Virus record (IMG/VR): IMGVR_UViG_3300020045_002296
Coordinates: 1 to 64,000 of that record
Length of the DNA: 64,000 nt
Direction: 5' to 3' (one strand)
Source of the DNA: a virus
Lineage: Duplodnaviria; Caudoviricetes
Part shown: piece by piece, positions 1 to 9,666 of the stretch
Numbering within the stretch: position 1 is the stretch's first letter
How the letters are laid out: each line of letters begins with the position of its first letter
Program-made: the position numbers and the translations under genes
Notes under the pieces: model-generated
The model's input: only the letters and a program-made list of their open reading frames with translations
Database searches by the model: none
What the model was told of the DNA's origin: nothing

Positions 1-98
1 CCACAGTACTAAATCAGCAATCTACATACCTTTACAATAGAATCAATAACAATAACAGAGCAATCTCATTGCAAGACTGATGTTATTGCTAAGGATAT

Positions 99-692
99 TT
101 ACACCTCAAATTTGTTACTCTTAGTTAGATTCTCCTTAGCTGGAATTATTCCTAAGTTGAACTCATTGTGTAAGCCACAGACTAACTTACCTTGGAGTGG
201 TACTATATGATCTACATGGTGAAGAATACCTGTGATTCTACTTACCTCTAAACACTCTTTATAAACACTAGCTATAGCTTCTTGGTTAGCCCAAGGTACA
301 CTGGCCTGTAGACTAGCGGCTCTGTACTTTGCAGCAATAGCTTTACGTCTAGGTCGATTGTTCTTATTCCAAAGGCGATTAGATTCTCTCATCTTCTCTT
401 GGTTCTGTTGGTAATATTTCTTAGAATTAACCTTAATACGTTCTGAACAATTCCTAGCAGTTGTTTTTCTATACTCTTTTACCTTTTCTTTATTTTCACT
501 GCACCACCCCTTTATTCTCTCCATAATAGACTCTTTGTTGTTCTCGTAGTACTCCTTTCGTTTAACCTGCCATTCATCATTGTTTTCAGCTCTGTAAGTA
601 GCTTTCCTAGCTGCATCCCTCAAGAGCTTACAGGCTTTACATCTGAGTACTCTACCTTCTGTAACAGCACCACAATCTACACAAACTCCCAT
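99..692 (-). CDS. HNH endonuclease with N-terminal Zn-finger and helical repeats
   Basis: C-terminal HHVDHIVPLQG..CGLH...NL......N motif; N-terminal CxxC/CxxC. Confidence 0.85.
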   Translation of the reverse strand: MGVCVDCGAVTEGRVLRCKACKLLRDAARKATYRAENNDEWQVKRKEYYENNKESIMERIKGWCSENKEKVKEYRKTTARNCSERIKVNSKKYYQQNQEKMRESNRLWNKNNRPRRKAIAAKYRAASLQASVPWANQEAIASVYKECLEVSRITGILHHVDHIVPLQGKLVCGLHNEFNLGIIPAKENLTKSNKFEV

Positions 693-765
693 GTTGTTCC
701 TTTCTTTATCACGACATTAAACCAACACAATACTGACGTGATTCCAGTATTGCGACACGAATAAA

Positions 766-795
766 AAGCCCTAAGATATTTCTACCAAAGGGCTT
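766..795 (-). terminator. probable intrinsic terminator
   Basis: minus strand aagccc...gggctt stem followed by T run, between the 1002-1703 ORF and the HNH gene. Confidence 0.5.
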
Positions 796-1001
796 ACGTT
801 AGTCTTTAAAATACAAGACTTATAATTCTAAAAATTAAATAACTCAATAATTAATTACTCCTTAGTTAGATATTTCTTTCTTGTTCTCTATTTATTGTTT
901 AGTACCTAGCATACCATCTTAGATTCTACAAACGTATTACCCTGTGTTCTCTATAGACAAGTGCCTATTTCTAGGTGTACTTTGACGCAAAACATGACGC
1001 A

Positions 1002-1703
1002 CTAATCCACTGTAAGTCTTACACGGTTATCTGATTGAATCTCAGATGTGAAGCCTCTGGCTAACCTACGGAGAGCACATTCGTTTGTGTTTAGTAACTC
1101 TGCAATAGCTCTGTTAGATAATCCTTCTTCTTTATATTTACGGTACTTAAAGTACAATCCAATTTCTTCATCATCTTGTGTGTAAATACCATATATCCTG
1201 TCCCGCTCTTCTTTGAGTAAGGTGTTCTCTTTCAATAGTTCACTAGGATAAACCATCTGTACCTTTACATCTTGCTTGAGGTACTCGATATTTTCCTTCA
1301 TCTCAAGAATACCTTGTAGTACCTCAAGTGAGGCTCTGAGTTTTCTAAGTGTGCTAACCCTAGATAGCATCTTCACATAGGACACATTTAAGCCCTTAGA
1401 GAAGCAAACCTGACGTAATTTATCCTGAACTGCTTTACGGATTAAATCCTTGTACTTTAAACTGTCAAGAGCACTGTTGAATTCCGTGAAGTATTCCCCG
1501 AGGTTAATCTCTGGATTAAAGCAGTCCTCGATACAGTCTGTGATCTCTTGGTTGACTTCATTACTCTCTGGTAGTACTTTAGTACTTGTTTCACTCAATA
1601 GCTTACTAGCTGTTGTTTTAATCCCAGCTAGAGCTACTTGATACTCTCTTGAATCTTTGTTCAGTTTCTCTAGATTACTTAGTTGTATTTGCAGTGTTTG
1701 CAC
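1002..1703 (-). CDS. coiled-coil protein with C-terminal HTH-like segment
   Basis: 233 aa ORF; GLSNRAIAELLNTNECALRRL resembles a helix-turn-helix. Confidence 0.55.
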   Translation of the reverse strand: MQTLQIQLSNLEKLNKDSREYQVALAGIKTTASKLLSETSTKVLPESNEVNQEITDCIEDCFNPEINLGEYFTEFNSALDSLKYKDLIRKAVQDKLRQVCFSKGLNVSYVKMLSRVSTLRKLRASLEVLQGILEMKENIEYLKQDVKVQMVYPSELLKENTLLKEERDRIYGIYTQDDEEIGLYFKYRKYKEEGLSNRAIAELLNTNECALRRLARGFTSEIQSDNRVRLTVD

Positions 1704-2118
1704 TATTACCCTTATTCATTTGTGCAACTTCCCACGGACGTAAAGCAATAAAGAACCCGTAGCAAGTAATCCTAGTCAGTCCTGTGTTATCTGGGTGCAC
1801 ATCAAAGATTAATTCACCGTCTTTTGCAACACAAGCATGTAGTACATCAGTGCTTCTTGTGGTATTACCAGCAATCTCATGATACAGACCTTTGATTCCG
1901 TATGCTTCAATATGACAATCAAAATCTTCTACCATGCAGTATGCTAACCCAAACTGTTGCAGCCATCCATTCATATCCTTAGCCCATGTACTAGGTGTTA
2001 TAAATAAAGGCACTTCTTCAATATTTAAGTGCAATAAAGATGCTAGTACTGCTGACAGGCAGTTACCATGTAAACCCTTATCTGGGTCATGTAGGATAGT
2101 TTGTTTAATATATTCCAT
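1675..2118 (-). CDS. hypothetical protein, possible Cys-His-Asp hydrolase fold
   Basis: start moved to MEYIKQ (2118); GNCLSAVLASLL...LHACV...DVHP. Confidence 0.55.
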   Translation of the reverse strand: MEYIKQTILHDPDKGLHGNCLSAVLASLLHLNIEEVPLFITPSTWAKDMNGWLQQFGLAYCMVEDFDCHIEAYGIKGLYHEIAGNTTRSTDVLHACVAKDGELIFDVHPDNTGLTRITCYGFFIALRPWEVAQMNKGNSANTANTTK

Positions 2119-2377
2119 TCTGTTCTTTCTCTTTATTATACACAGGCTCCTTACCGATACTCCTTCTGAAGTCACTAACGTTCATCCTAGACTGATGCAT
2201 CCAATCACCTTGAGTCATCTTTAGGTAACGATCAATCAAGTCCTTACAGGTTTTGTCTCCAGATAACCACCAGTAATCTTCTTGTAGTTGCTGACGTAGG
2301 TAATACATCTGTAACTCTACGCTCCAGCGTTTCTTGTGTTTGTACTCTTGGTACTTTGTTTTTAGGTACTTAAGCAT
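2105..2377 (-). CDS. hypothetical protein
   Basis: ORF in co-oriented leftward run. Confidence 0.6.
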   Translation of the reverse strand: MLKYLKTKYQEYKHKKRWSVELQMYYLRQQLQEDYWWLSGDKTCKDLIDRYLKMTQGDWMHQSRMNVSDFRRSIGKEPVYNKEKEQNGIY

Positions 2378-2388
2378 ATTTATACTTT

Positions 2389-2574
2389 CTAGATGTTTGT
2401 GTATTGTTTCTTTGAATTTTTACCAACTTTTCTTGTTTTACAAATAGGGCATTTCCTACCTGTTGCAACAATACCTCTATCACAAACATAACACCAAAAT
2501 AGTCCGTGTTTAGGTAAAGTACTCGATAACCTATTCAGTTTACGTGTTGGAACATCTTCTTTTGTGTTATTCAA
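2389..2574 (-). CDS. small Zn-ribbon protein
   Basis: CYVC...CPIC; TTG start after GGAG. Confidence 0.55.
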   Translation of the reverse strand: MNNTKEDVPTRKLNRLSSTLPKHGLFWCYVCDRGIVATGRKCPICKTRKVGKNSKKQYTNI

Positions 2575-2592
2575 TCTTTTCTCCTTCTGGTT

Positions 2593-2838
2593 TTATCCCA
2601 TAGACATACCACTGACTGGTCTCTCCCACCTACTCCAATACTCAGGTTCTTTCACCAGCTCGTACACAATCCCATCACAGTCATAGTGACTCTCGTAGAC
2701 AATGCCATAGTCATTTCCGTAAGTACACTTACCAAAGAAACAATCTGTGTACCTCTCACCATGTGCATACACATCGAATACTCCACCGTCATCGGGTGCT
2801 GTACTGATAGGATACCATTGTGTTTTATGTTTATCCAT
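2593..2838 (-). CDS. hypothetical protein (DUF551-like WxPIxTAP motif)
   Basis: QWYPISTAPDDG...PEYWSRW. Confidence 0.55.
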   Translation of the reverse strand: MDKHKTQWYPISTAPDDGGVFDVYAHGERYTDCFFGKCTYGNDYGIVYESHYDCDGIVYELVKEPEYWSRWERPVSGMSMG

Positions 2839-3149
2839 TAATATTCTCCTTTACCACCTAAGTAACTAATCGGCTCATTTGTCTCTTTACCTTGTAAGCA
2901 CAAGCATTTGTAGCTCCAAGTTACTCCGTTTGGTTCTTCCTCGAACTGTATTACCCGGATACTACCGTACTTAGTACCAACGATAACACAGTTAGTCTCA
3001 AACGAAATACTCATACAGATACGTCCATTGAGAACTTGTACTTCTTCACACAATGGGTAGTACCACTGGTCGTTATGACTTAGGTTAAACTCAAGTTTAC
3101 GTACTTGTACTCCTAGGAGTTCTTTTAGGTAATCATTAGCGAATTTCAC
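2838..3149 (-). CDS. hypothetical protein
   Basis: ORF abutting neighbour, SD present. Confidence 0.6.
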   Translation of the reverse strand: MKFANDYLKELLGVQVRKLEFNLSHNDQWYYPLCEEVQVLNGRICMSISFETNCVIVGTKYGSIRVIQFEEEPNGVTWSYKCLCLQGKETNEPISYLGGKGEY

Positions 3150-3427
3150 TCTTATCCTTTAACAATTTTTGAGTTATCTAATAACCAACAGATACCCCAC
3201 ATAACATAGAAATACCAATCAGCTTCAAAGATTGGCAACAAAACAATACTAAATATTGCTAGCATCCTCTCTCCTTCAACTTCTGTTTGTACTCCTGATA
3301 TGACTTACAAGCGTACCATGTATGCAAAGCTGTTTCAAACGCTCCTACGCCGTACTGCGGTCCTTGTCGGTTATACTCTTGGAATTCCTCCCGTGCTTCT
3401 TTGGAGATTTCCTTTAGGTCGTTGTAT

Positions 3428-3637
3428 TTATTCATTAATTACCTCCCGTTTAATCCCACGCTTATTACTCTCCTGACATAACACTACTACAGCAGCGAAG
3501 CATTCACTGTGCCAATCAGAGTTAGGTTCTCCCTTAGAAACCTTCTTTAGATCGTTATACGCAGTGTCTAGCAGTGAAGTAAGCTCTGTATTTGTCAGTG
3601 TGCTTAGGTACTCATTTAATTGCTCTTGTGTAATCAT
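3428..3637 (-). CDS. hypothetical protein
   Basis: ORF in leftward run. Confidence 0.55.
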   Translation of the reverse strand: MITQEQLNEYLSTLTNTELTSLLDTAYNDLKKVSKGEPNSDWHSECFAAVVVLCQESNKRGIKREVINE

Positions 3638-3779
3638 TCTTCTTCCTTAGTTAGTTTCTCAATTAAATCCGCAGCAGCTTGTAAGCACAGGTTATACTCT
3701 GAGTTATACCCACCGCCATTAAGTCCGTACTTAAATCTTAGTAGATTGAGGAGTTCTTTTGGTGTGAATTCTTTGTGGT

Positions 3780-4025
3780 TCATTCTTTAAATCCTGTTAT
3801 GAAAACTTCAGTATTTCCATTTAAGTACTCCACCAGTTCAAAGGAATAATTGGTGAGAACAACTTCAGCTATTCCACGCATAATACCTTTCCTTGGGTTA
3901 TTTGGGTAGTAGTAAGGTATGAAATCTTTTAGATTACTCCCGATGACTAAATGGCCTTCACTAGTGCTGAAGTAAATATCAGTCAGTAGGTATACTTTAT
4001 TAAGTAGATTCTCGGTGTTATCCAT
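3780..4025 (-). CDS. hypothetical protein
   Basis: ORF with GGAG SD. Confidence 0.6.
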   Translation of the reverse strand: MDNTENLLNKVYLLTDIYFSTSEGHLVIGSNLKDFIPYYYPNNPRKGIMRGIAEVVLTNYSFELVEYLNGNTEVFITGFKE

Positions 4026-4142
4026 ATTTCTCCTTCAATTAAACCATTAAACAAGTCGTAGTTTACCACAGATTTCTACTATAAAACGAATAAAACCTAA
4101 GATAAACTGGCATTTCTGCTGGAATATCTTAGGTTTCTCCTA

Positions 4143-4331
4143 CTATACATTTTCTTGTTGCCCACATTTTACACAGATCAAACACCACAAATCCAGCTTA
4201 GGAACAAAACTGTGATTGCACTTAGGTTTAACCTCTGTAGACTTACGGAAGATTCTATCATAATTATCTCGGTACTTCTCCGAGGATTTGCTACAGATCA
4301 AATCACCTGTAATTTCATTCAAGCTTGTCAT
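4143..4331 (-). CDS. hypothetical protein
   Basis: NEITGDLICSK...YRDNYDRIF; C-terminal Cys cluster. Confidence 0.55.
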   Translation of the reverse strand: MTSLNEITGDLICSKSSEKYRDNYDRIFRKSTEVKPKCNHSFVPKLDLWCLICVKCGQQENV

Positions 4332-4545
4332 AGTCCAATCCTTTATTCTTTAGCTCTTGTACGTATTCTAATGCTCGTACCTGTTGTTCTGGTGTACGTG
4401 ATGTTAAATCCAAGGATTCACACTGCACAAGTTCTAAGCAAGCATACCAAGCATCTTTTGCACTTACTTTATCACCGCATTGATCGAAGTATCCTCGCCA
4501 CCAATCTTCAAATGCTTTATGTGTATGCTTGTTAATTGCTGACAT
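4315..4545 (-). CDS. hypothetical protein
   Basis: overlapping leftward run. Confidence 0.55.
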   Translation of the reverse strand: MSAINKHTHKAFEDWWRGYFDQCGDKVSAKDAWYACLELVQCESLDLTSRTPEQQVRALEYVQELKNKGLDYDKLE

Positions 4546-4720
4546 ACCACGTCACCTTTCTGTTTGCTTTAATTACGCAGTCCGCTAAGGAACTACCTGA
4601 TATAACACACTTAATTCCTTTTTCATCAATGTATGTTAGTTCGTACACACCGCGTAAGTCTTGGAACATACCTACAGCAAGGTTCTGATCTAGCCACTGG
4701 ATAATCTCTAAGTAAGTCAT
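4532..4720 (-). CDS. hypothetical protein
   Basis: overlapping leftward run. Confidence 0.55.
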   Translation of the reverse strand: MTYLEIIQWLDQNLAVGMFQDLRGVYELTYIDEKGIKCVISGSSLADCVIKANRKVTWYVSN

Positions 4721-4938
4721 TCTTTATTTCCAGTCATATCTTCATAAGTAATAGGTAAAGGTATTAGGACTTTCACAGTTTTAATACTCCATAAAATATT
4801 ATCAGTTTTCTTAACTGTAAGCCAGTCCTTGTACTTAGTCTGATCTTTTACATAATTACTTCCAGCGATTATACAGTCTGAGGCACCATGCTCAGAGATG
4901 GCCACACTTACACTTACTTCTATATTTGGAAAACTCAT
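4717..4938 (-). CDS. hypothetical protein
   Basis: 4-nt stop/start overlaps at both ends. Confidence 0.55.
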   Translation of the reverse strand: MSFPNIEVSVSVAISEHGASDCIIAGSNYVKDQTKYKDWLTVKKTDNILWSIKTVKVLIPLPITYEDMTGNKE

Positions 4939-5177
4939 TCAAAGAACTCCTTTAGTTTAGCATCAGAAATGCTTCCGGTAAATCTCTTGATCTCTACATT
5001 CTGATCATCCAGAAGTACAACTGTAGGAATAGATCGGATGTTGTACTGCTTGGTTAACTCACGCTCTATATCAATATCTACCTTCTGTATTTCCAGAAGT
5101 GGAAACACTCGTTTCATCTGTGCGTCTATGATTTTACATGGGTTGCACCAGTTGGCGCTGAATTTAAGTAGTTTCAT
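4935..5177 (-). CDS. thioredoxin
   Basis: KFSANWCNPCK active site; YNIRSIPT. Confidence 0.9.
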   Translation of the reverse strand: MKLLKFSANWCNPCKIIDAQMKRVFPLLEIQKVDIDIERELTKQYNIRSIPTVVLLDDQNVEIKRFTGSISDAKLKEFFE

Positions 5178-5497
5178 TACTTAATCTCCAAGTCAATTAC
5201 TTCATAATTAAAGTCATTTGAGATTGTCTCAAAGAATTTATCTATTGCTTTATCAAAAGTAATTTGTGCAGTCTCAAAATCACTATCAGAATTAGGGCAA
5301 TCAATATCTACGGTTACGTACAGTTTAAATTCCATGAAGTTGCTCCTTTAAATAATTAATTTCAATCTGTTGATTATACACAAGTTCTTGCATCTTCAGC
5401 AGATTACTTACGATACTATCTCGGTCATGCTGGGATAGGTAACACCCAGAGTTGATCTTCTTTAGAAGAGACTCTTGAAAGTACATTTGCTTATTCA

Positions 5498-5752
5498 TTA
5501 GTAATCCTCTTGTTGTTCTGAAGCTGCAATCTCGATTTCTTCTACGAGTTCATCACTAAGTAAGAAGTACACATCAACTCCTTGTAGCTCCGCTATAATC
5601 AATACACAACTAGCAGGATAATCTGGTTCAACCTGCACGCCATCTTCTCGGTATCCAATCTCAGGTGCTTCATATTCTAGTTCACATTTTAAGTAATGTG
5701 GAATATTGGCAGAGTCTAGAATTTCATGTGTGTACAGGTATAAACTGCTCAT
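5498..5752 (-). CDS. hypothetical acidic protein
   Basis: start moved to MSSLYL (5752), overlapping the upstream stop. Confidence 0.55.
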   Translation of the reverse strand: MSSLYLYTHEILDSANIPHYLKCELEYEAPEIGYREDGVQVEPDYPASCVLIIAELQGVDVYFLLSDELVEEIEIAASEQQEDY

Positions 5753-5934
5753 AGTACGCTTTCTTTGCGATTTAGTAACCAATTTCGATGATATTCTCTC
5801 TGTAACTCAGCTAATAGTTCTTTTATCTCTTTCTCCAGTGTTTCAACCTTCTGCTTAAACTCGAAGTTCTCTTGTACAAGCAAATCAATGCTCTCATTTA
5901 GCGCTTCAATTGTACTTGGCTTTTGGTGTTTCAT
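5749..5934 (-). CDS. coiled-coil hypothetical protein
   Basis: heptad pattern; GGAG SD. Confidence 0.55.
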   Translation of the reverse strand: MKHQKPSTIEALNESIDLLVQENFEFKQKVETLEKEIKELLAELQREYHRNWLLNRKESVL

Positions 5935-6103
5935 TTAATCTCCTGCTTAAACTGTGTACGTAAGAATCCTAGAGTAGCACTTGCATTTAACTTAGCTTGT
6001 GTATTCCTGGGTGAACTTGCGATTTGCTCTAGGGTTTGCATAGCTGTATTATAAGCTGCTTTGTTGTTAGCTTCTTAGGCTTATCTTGTAGTTTACTTTC
6101 CAT
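5931..6103 (-). pseudogene. small ORF with an apparent 1-nt deletion near 6076
   Basis: MESKLQDKP joins EANNKAAYNTAMQTLEQIASSPR...FKQEIK if one A is added (cct aa[a] gaa). Confidence 0.55.
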
Positions 6104-6293
6104 GTTTAACCTCTTGATAACTCAAGCTCCACACTAGAGCACCAACCCAAAATACAGCAGTCCATCCTAGGAAGATATTCAGCACAATGATACCAGCAAG
6201 GTTCCTGTGGTTACGCTTAACTGCGATTACACTAGGTAGGAAGTACAGATAGATACTGAGAAGAACCAGCAGGATTACGATAATTTCATACAT
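6093..6293 (-). CDS. superinfection immunity protein (T4 Imm-like)
   Basis: LYFLPSVIAVKRNHRNLAGIIVLNIFLGWT..WVGALVWS family pattern. Confidence 0.85.
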   Translation of the reverse strand: MYEIIVILLVLLSIYLYFLPSVIAVKRNHRNLAGIIVLNIFLGWTAVFWVGALVWSLSYQEVKHGK

Positions 6294-6304
6294 TTTTAGC
6301 TTCC

Positions 6305-6643
6305 TTAAAGTTCAACAAAAGAATACTCAGAACTATCAATGTAGTAATAAGTCTTATCGCGACGGTTGTACTCAAATGTCATAGCAGCTAGATAGTGCTT
6401 TCCTTGTACAATGAACTCTTGCTCATAAGTTGGTGAACCACAGTTGTAAGAACCTTCACAATCATCGTGAGCTTCATTCTCAAGTCGTTCAGAGATTACA
6501 CCCTCAGCTTCCTCTAGTGAATCGAAAGTATTACGCTCTGGTGAAGCCTCGAATACTAGCAAGGCTTGTTTCGCAAGTTCTAGCTCTTTAGCCTTATCAA
6601 TGATAGCTTGCTGTAGTTGTGTTAGTTTTTCATTGGTGTTCAT
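6305..6643 (-). CDS. hypothetical protein
   Basis: 112 aa ORF with SD. Confidence 0.6.
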   Translation of the reverse strand: MNTNEKLTQLQQAIIDKAKELELAKQALLVFEASPERNTFDSLEEAEGVISERLENEAHDDCEGSYNCGSPTYEQEFIVQGKHYLAAMTFEYNRRDKTYYYIDSSEYSFVEL

Positions 6644-6663
6644 TTTTAGTTTCCTTTATTTAT

Positions 6664-6933
6664 TTAACCTGCTCTGTTCATATCGAAGTAATAATAGCAC
6701 GAAAGTTGTCCTGTTGGTGTAAGCACCATACCTTTCTTTAGTTCTTTAATGAGTTTCAATTCTAGCATAATTTGAGTAATGGTGTGCCCACAATGATACC
6801 CAAGAGATACCTTTAGCACACTAGTAAATAACAAGTGCTTATAGTCAGTCCTACCAAAGTTAGTACCTTGAAAAGCTTTTAGGATTTCTTCATCTGTTAA
6901 TTCGCCAAGTGTATTAGATACAGCCATTTTCAT
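6664..6933 (-). CDS. hypothetical protein
   Basis: FQGTNFGRTDY...GYHCGHT. Confidence 0.6.
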   Translation of the reverse strand: MKMAVSNTLGELTDEEILKAFQGTNFGRTDYKHLLFTSVLKVSLGYHCGHTITQIMLELKLIKELKKGMVLTPTGQLSCYYYFDMNRAG

Positions 6934-6942
6934 TTTCCTCGT

Positions 6943-7131
6943 TTAAGATACATTTTCAGTTTTAACCTTGAGTCTATTGTACAGCACTTTTACTAGATAA
7001 ACCACAAGTACAACCGGAAATACCAACCAGATTACACCGATAGTTAAATAACTCAGTAAAGCGATTAATACAACTCCTACATAAGCAAAGACTGTAACTA
7101 CGTAAATCAAGAATGATTCCAAGGCTTTCAT
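6943..7131 (-). CDS. small membrane protein
   Basis: long hydrophobic stretch. Confidence 0.55.
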   Translation of the reverse strand: MKALESFLIYVVTVFAYVGVVLIALLSYLTIGVIWLVFPVVLVVYLVKVLYNRLKVKTENVS

Positions 7132-7331
7132 TTCTGTTCCTTAAGTTGAATACGAGTACCTTTCCACCAGCACTCAACGCATGTAGCTGGTGAAATATCA
7201 TCGTGTGTTTTAATACTATGGCAAAAGTGCTCACCTGTGTTAACCATGAAAGTCTGTAAATGACCTACTGTGACATTCTCACTATCACACTCTGGACAGA
7301 CTAAAATATCTTTGTTCGTTGTCTTGCTCAT
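7128..7331 (-). CDS. Zn-ribbon protein
   Basis: CPECDS...CVECWW. Confidence 0.6.
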   Translation of the reverse strand: MSKTTNKDILVCPECDSENVTVGHLQTFMVNTGEHFCHSIKTHDDISPATCVECWWKGTRIQLKEQK

Positions 7332-7549
7332 TAAAATAACTCCATCTGTGTATCTTGTGCTTCGTTTGTTTTGTCCTCAATTTCTTCCTCAAGAATATCT
7401 AGCTGTGTCTGCAGTAGTTCACACTTGAGTTCAGAGTCAGTATACAACGAGAAGTACTCCGCTGTTTTCTTGTAGAGGGCCTGTTGTTTTACTTGCAGGA
7501 TTTTATGTTGGTTTTGAAGTTCTTGTAGTTTGTTCATTTGAGCTTTCAT
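7331..7549 (-). CDS. coiled-coil hypothetical protein
   Basis: ORF overlapping neighbours. Confidence 0.55.
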   Translation of the reverse strand: MKAQMNKLQELQNQHKILQVKQQALYKKTAEYFSLYTDSELKCELLQTQLDILEEEIEDKTNEAQDTQMELF

Positions 7550-7784
7550 TTAAAACAGTCTAGTACATCCTGAATAACATAGTAATTACAATACTCATAT
7601 GTAATGTCACTAACGTGCTGGTAAGTCTGGTATCTTTTAAGATTTTTAACCTTAGCTTCAATCTTAGCTAAACGGCTAGCTTCATTACTATTAGGATTAC
7701 TGCATAAACCATCCAGTAACAACAAGATGTATTCATCTCTACGCTTCAACTGCTGTTCTAGCTCTTTGATCCGTAAATAGACAT
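7546..7784 (-). pseudogene. hypothetical protein with an apparent 1-nt deletion near 7776
   Basis: ATG at 7784 with SD joins LRIKELEQQLKRRDEY if one T is added. Confidence 0.5.
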
Positions 7785-7833
7785 ATTATTCCTTAAGTAA
7801 AGCACCTAGTATTACCTAAGTGCTTGTTGTTAG

Positions 7834-8208
7834 TTATTTAGAAGTAGGACGACCACGAGGTTTATGAGCTGTTGCCTTAAGGGGTTCAGTTGTTGCAATA
7901 TAGTCTGGTGTTTTATAGAAGGCAGTAGTTCCTAGTGGTAAAACACCTTCAATGGCTTGAGAGACTGTGGCAACACTGACTTGCTTAATAGTCACTGGCT
8001 CTACTGAATCTTCTCCTTGGACAGTATCCACGGATACTAACTTAGATTCTTTCTTGTACATCATAACCTCGTAGTAAAAGCCAATCTGTTGCGGGGTTCC
8101 TTCGTTTGTATCAAGCTTAAACTCAAATCTTTCCTCGATAGCTTCTTTGATCTTCTGAGTGTACTCCAAGATAGAATAAGCTTGAATGTGTAGTGTTTGT
8201 TCTGTCAT
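7834..8208 (-). CDS. hypothetical protein, C-terminal AT-hook-like motif
   Basis: ends KPRGRPTSK. Confidence 0.6.
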   Translation of the reverse strand: MTEQTLHIQAYSILEYTQKIKEAIEERFEFKLDTNEGTPQQIGFYYEVMMYKKESKLVSVDTVQGEDSVEPVTIKQVSVATVSQAIEGVLPLGTTAFYKTPDYIATTEPLKATAHKPRGRPTSK

Positions 8209-8237
8209 GTTAGTTTCCTTTTAGTTTAAATTAAGTA

Positions 8238-8642
8238 TCAACGTTTGTTGATTTGTTCATTATACCACTGCTCTGATACGATTTTCACAGGAGTACAGGA
8301 AGAAAGTAGTTCTTTAATATTCTCTGAAATCCCACCATAAAGACGCAGTGTTACGGTAGCATCTCTATTATAACCGTGCTCACAACCAGTAATGTACATC
8401 TCAGATTCTTTTGGTTTGATTCTAAACTCCAGTGGATGATAGGCAGACGGACAAGACGTTAAAGTAAGTAAAAGATAATTATTGTCACAATCACGCCAAG
8501 TATTATCTAGGCTTGGATTGTACTGAATTTCATTTCCATCTGCAATCCACCGAAGAACTTGGTGGAATCTATGTTTAGTTTTCATTTTGTCATTTAAGAG
8601 AGAGTTAAGACTTGATTGTAGCACAGTTTCCTGCGTTTTCAA
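8238..8642 (-). CDS. hypothetical protein
   Basis: WIADGNEIQY...EFRIKP; true start probably MKTKHRF. Confidence 0.55.
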   Translation of the reverse strand: MKTQETVLQSSLNSLLNDKMKTKHRFHQVLRWIADGNEIQYNPSLDNTWRDCDNNYLLLTLTSCPSAYHPLEFRIKPKESEMYITGCEHGYNRDATVTLRLYGGISENIKELLSSCTPVKIVSEQWYNEQINKR

Positions 8643-9174
8643 TCCAAATATCTCTTTGCTCTAGCCGAAGGATAATTTCCTCAGAGTCCATATTCATTTC
8701 ATCTCCGCGTAAGCACCCAAGAATTTCTTCCTCAGTCAAGAACCCAGCGTACACCCTTCGGAATGTCTTTTCGGTTTGCTTCAAGATATGCTCATTAGCT
8801 TTCTTCTGATCATGTGCCTTGCTAAGACCCAAGGAATAACTAGCGTGATGAACGAGCATATCAGCCTGTGGATGCACTTCTACTGCATCACATACTAATG
8901 CAAGCATACTGGCACAACTCGCTGCTGTACCTTGGATAATAGCCTTTGTAGAGCATTCTGTAGCTTCTAACGCTGCTAAGAACGACAACATACCATAGTA
9001 ATCACCACCGTTTGAATTAACGATAAGTTCAAAGGAGTCATTCTCGGTGGCATCCAAGAGTACGTTAACCACTTCGTTGTATTCGTCAGCAGAACCTACA
9101 TCTTCTGTTAGGAAGTAACGGTGATTATTTAATGTGGTTTCTGTGCTGAATAGTTTAGGCTTATCTTCAGTCAT
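8605..9174 (-). CDS. ClpP-like protease
   Basis: LIVNSNGGD...GTAASCASML...MLVHHAS (catalytic Ser/His region). Confidence 0.85.
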   Translation of the reverse strand: MTEDKPKLFSTETTLNNHRYFLTEDVGSADEYNEVVNVLLDATENDSFELIVNSNGGDYYGMLSFLAALEATECSTKAIIQGTAASCASMLALVCDAVEVHPQADMLVHHASYSLGLSKAHDQKKANEHILKQTEKTFRRVYAGFLTEEEILGCLRGDEMNMDSEEIILRLEQRDIWIENAGNCATIKS

Positions 9175-9419
9175 TTTGTTCCTTTAAAGAAGTTCTTTAG
9201 TTTATACCACAGCGATGTATTCTGCACAAAGTTTCTAGCCTCTGGTCCACAGTAATGTGTACACGATGGTACGTTTCTAACTACTGGACAGAAGTTCAAG
9301 CGTTTATCTTTGCTAAAGAAACCAACATTTCGTAAATACTTACACCTGTCAATGTCTGTTAGACTTAATTTCAGTACAACGTATTTACAATCTTTACACA
9401 ACTTAGTTTGTTCTTCCAT
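9171..9419 (-). CDS. Cys-rich small protein (paralog of 9782-9991)
   Basis: LCKDCK...CGPEARNF.QNTSLWYKLKN. Confidence 0.6.
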   Translation of the reverse strand: MEEQTKLCKDCKYVVLKLSLTDIDRCKYLRNVGFFSKDKRLNFCPVVRNVPSCTHYCGPEARNFVQNTSLWYKLKNFFKGTK

Positions 9420-9420
9420 A

Positions 9421-9666
9421 TTATCCTTTGTTCTCGTTAAGTAACTCAGAGATAGTAACACAGAATCCTTGCTTATTCTTCTTGTGTAAGTGCTTTAATT
9501 TCTGGTAAGTATTAAAGTACTGCGAACCCTTGAGCCAGTTAGAATGAATATCCCTAGGATACTCCTTGTTCTTAATATACACATAGAACTTCGTTGGTTC
9601 ACCTACGCAAGTGAAGTGTGGAAGATCATTCCAAGCACCCACCTCTAAGTCCTGTGATTTACTCAT
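9421..9666 (-). CDS. hypothetical protein
   Basis: ORF with SD. Confidence 0.55.
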   Translation of the reverse strand: MSKSQDLEVGAWNDLPHFTCVGEPTKFYVYIKNKEYPRDIHSNWLKGSQYFNTYQKLKHLHKKNKQGFCVTISELLNENKG

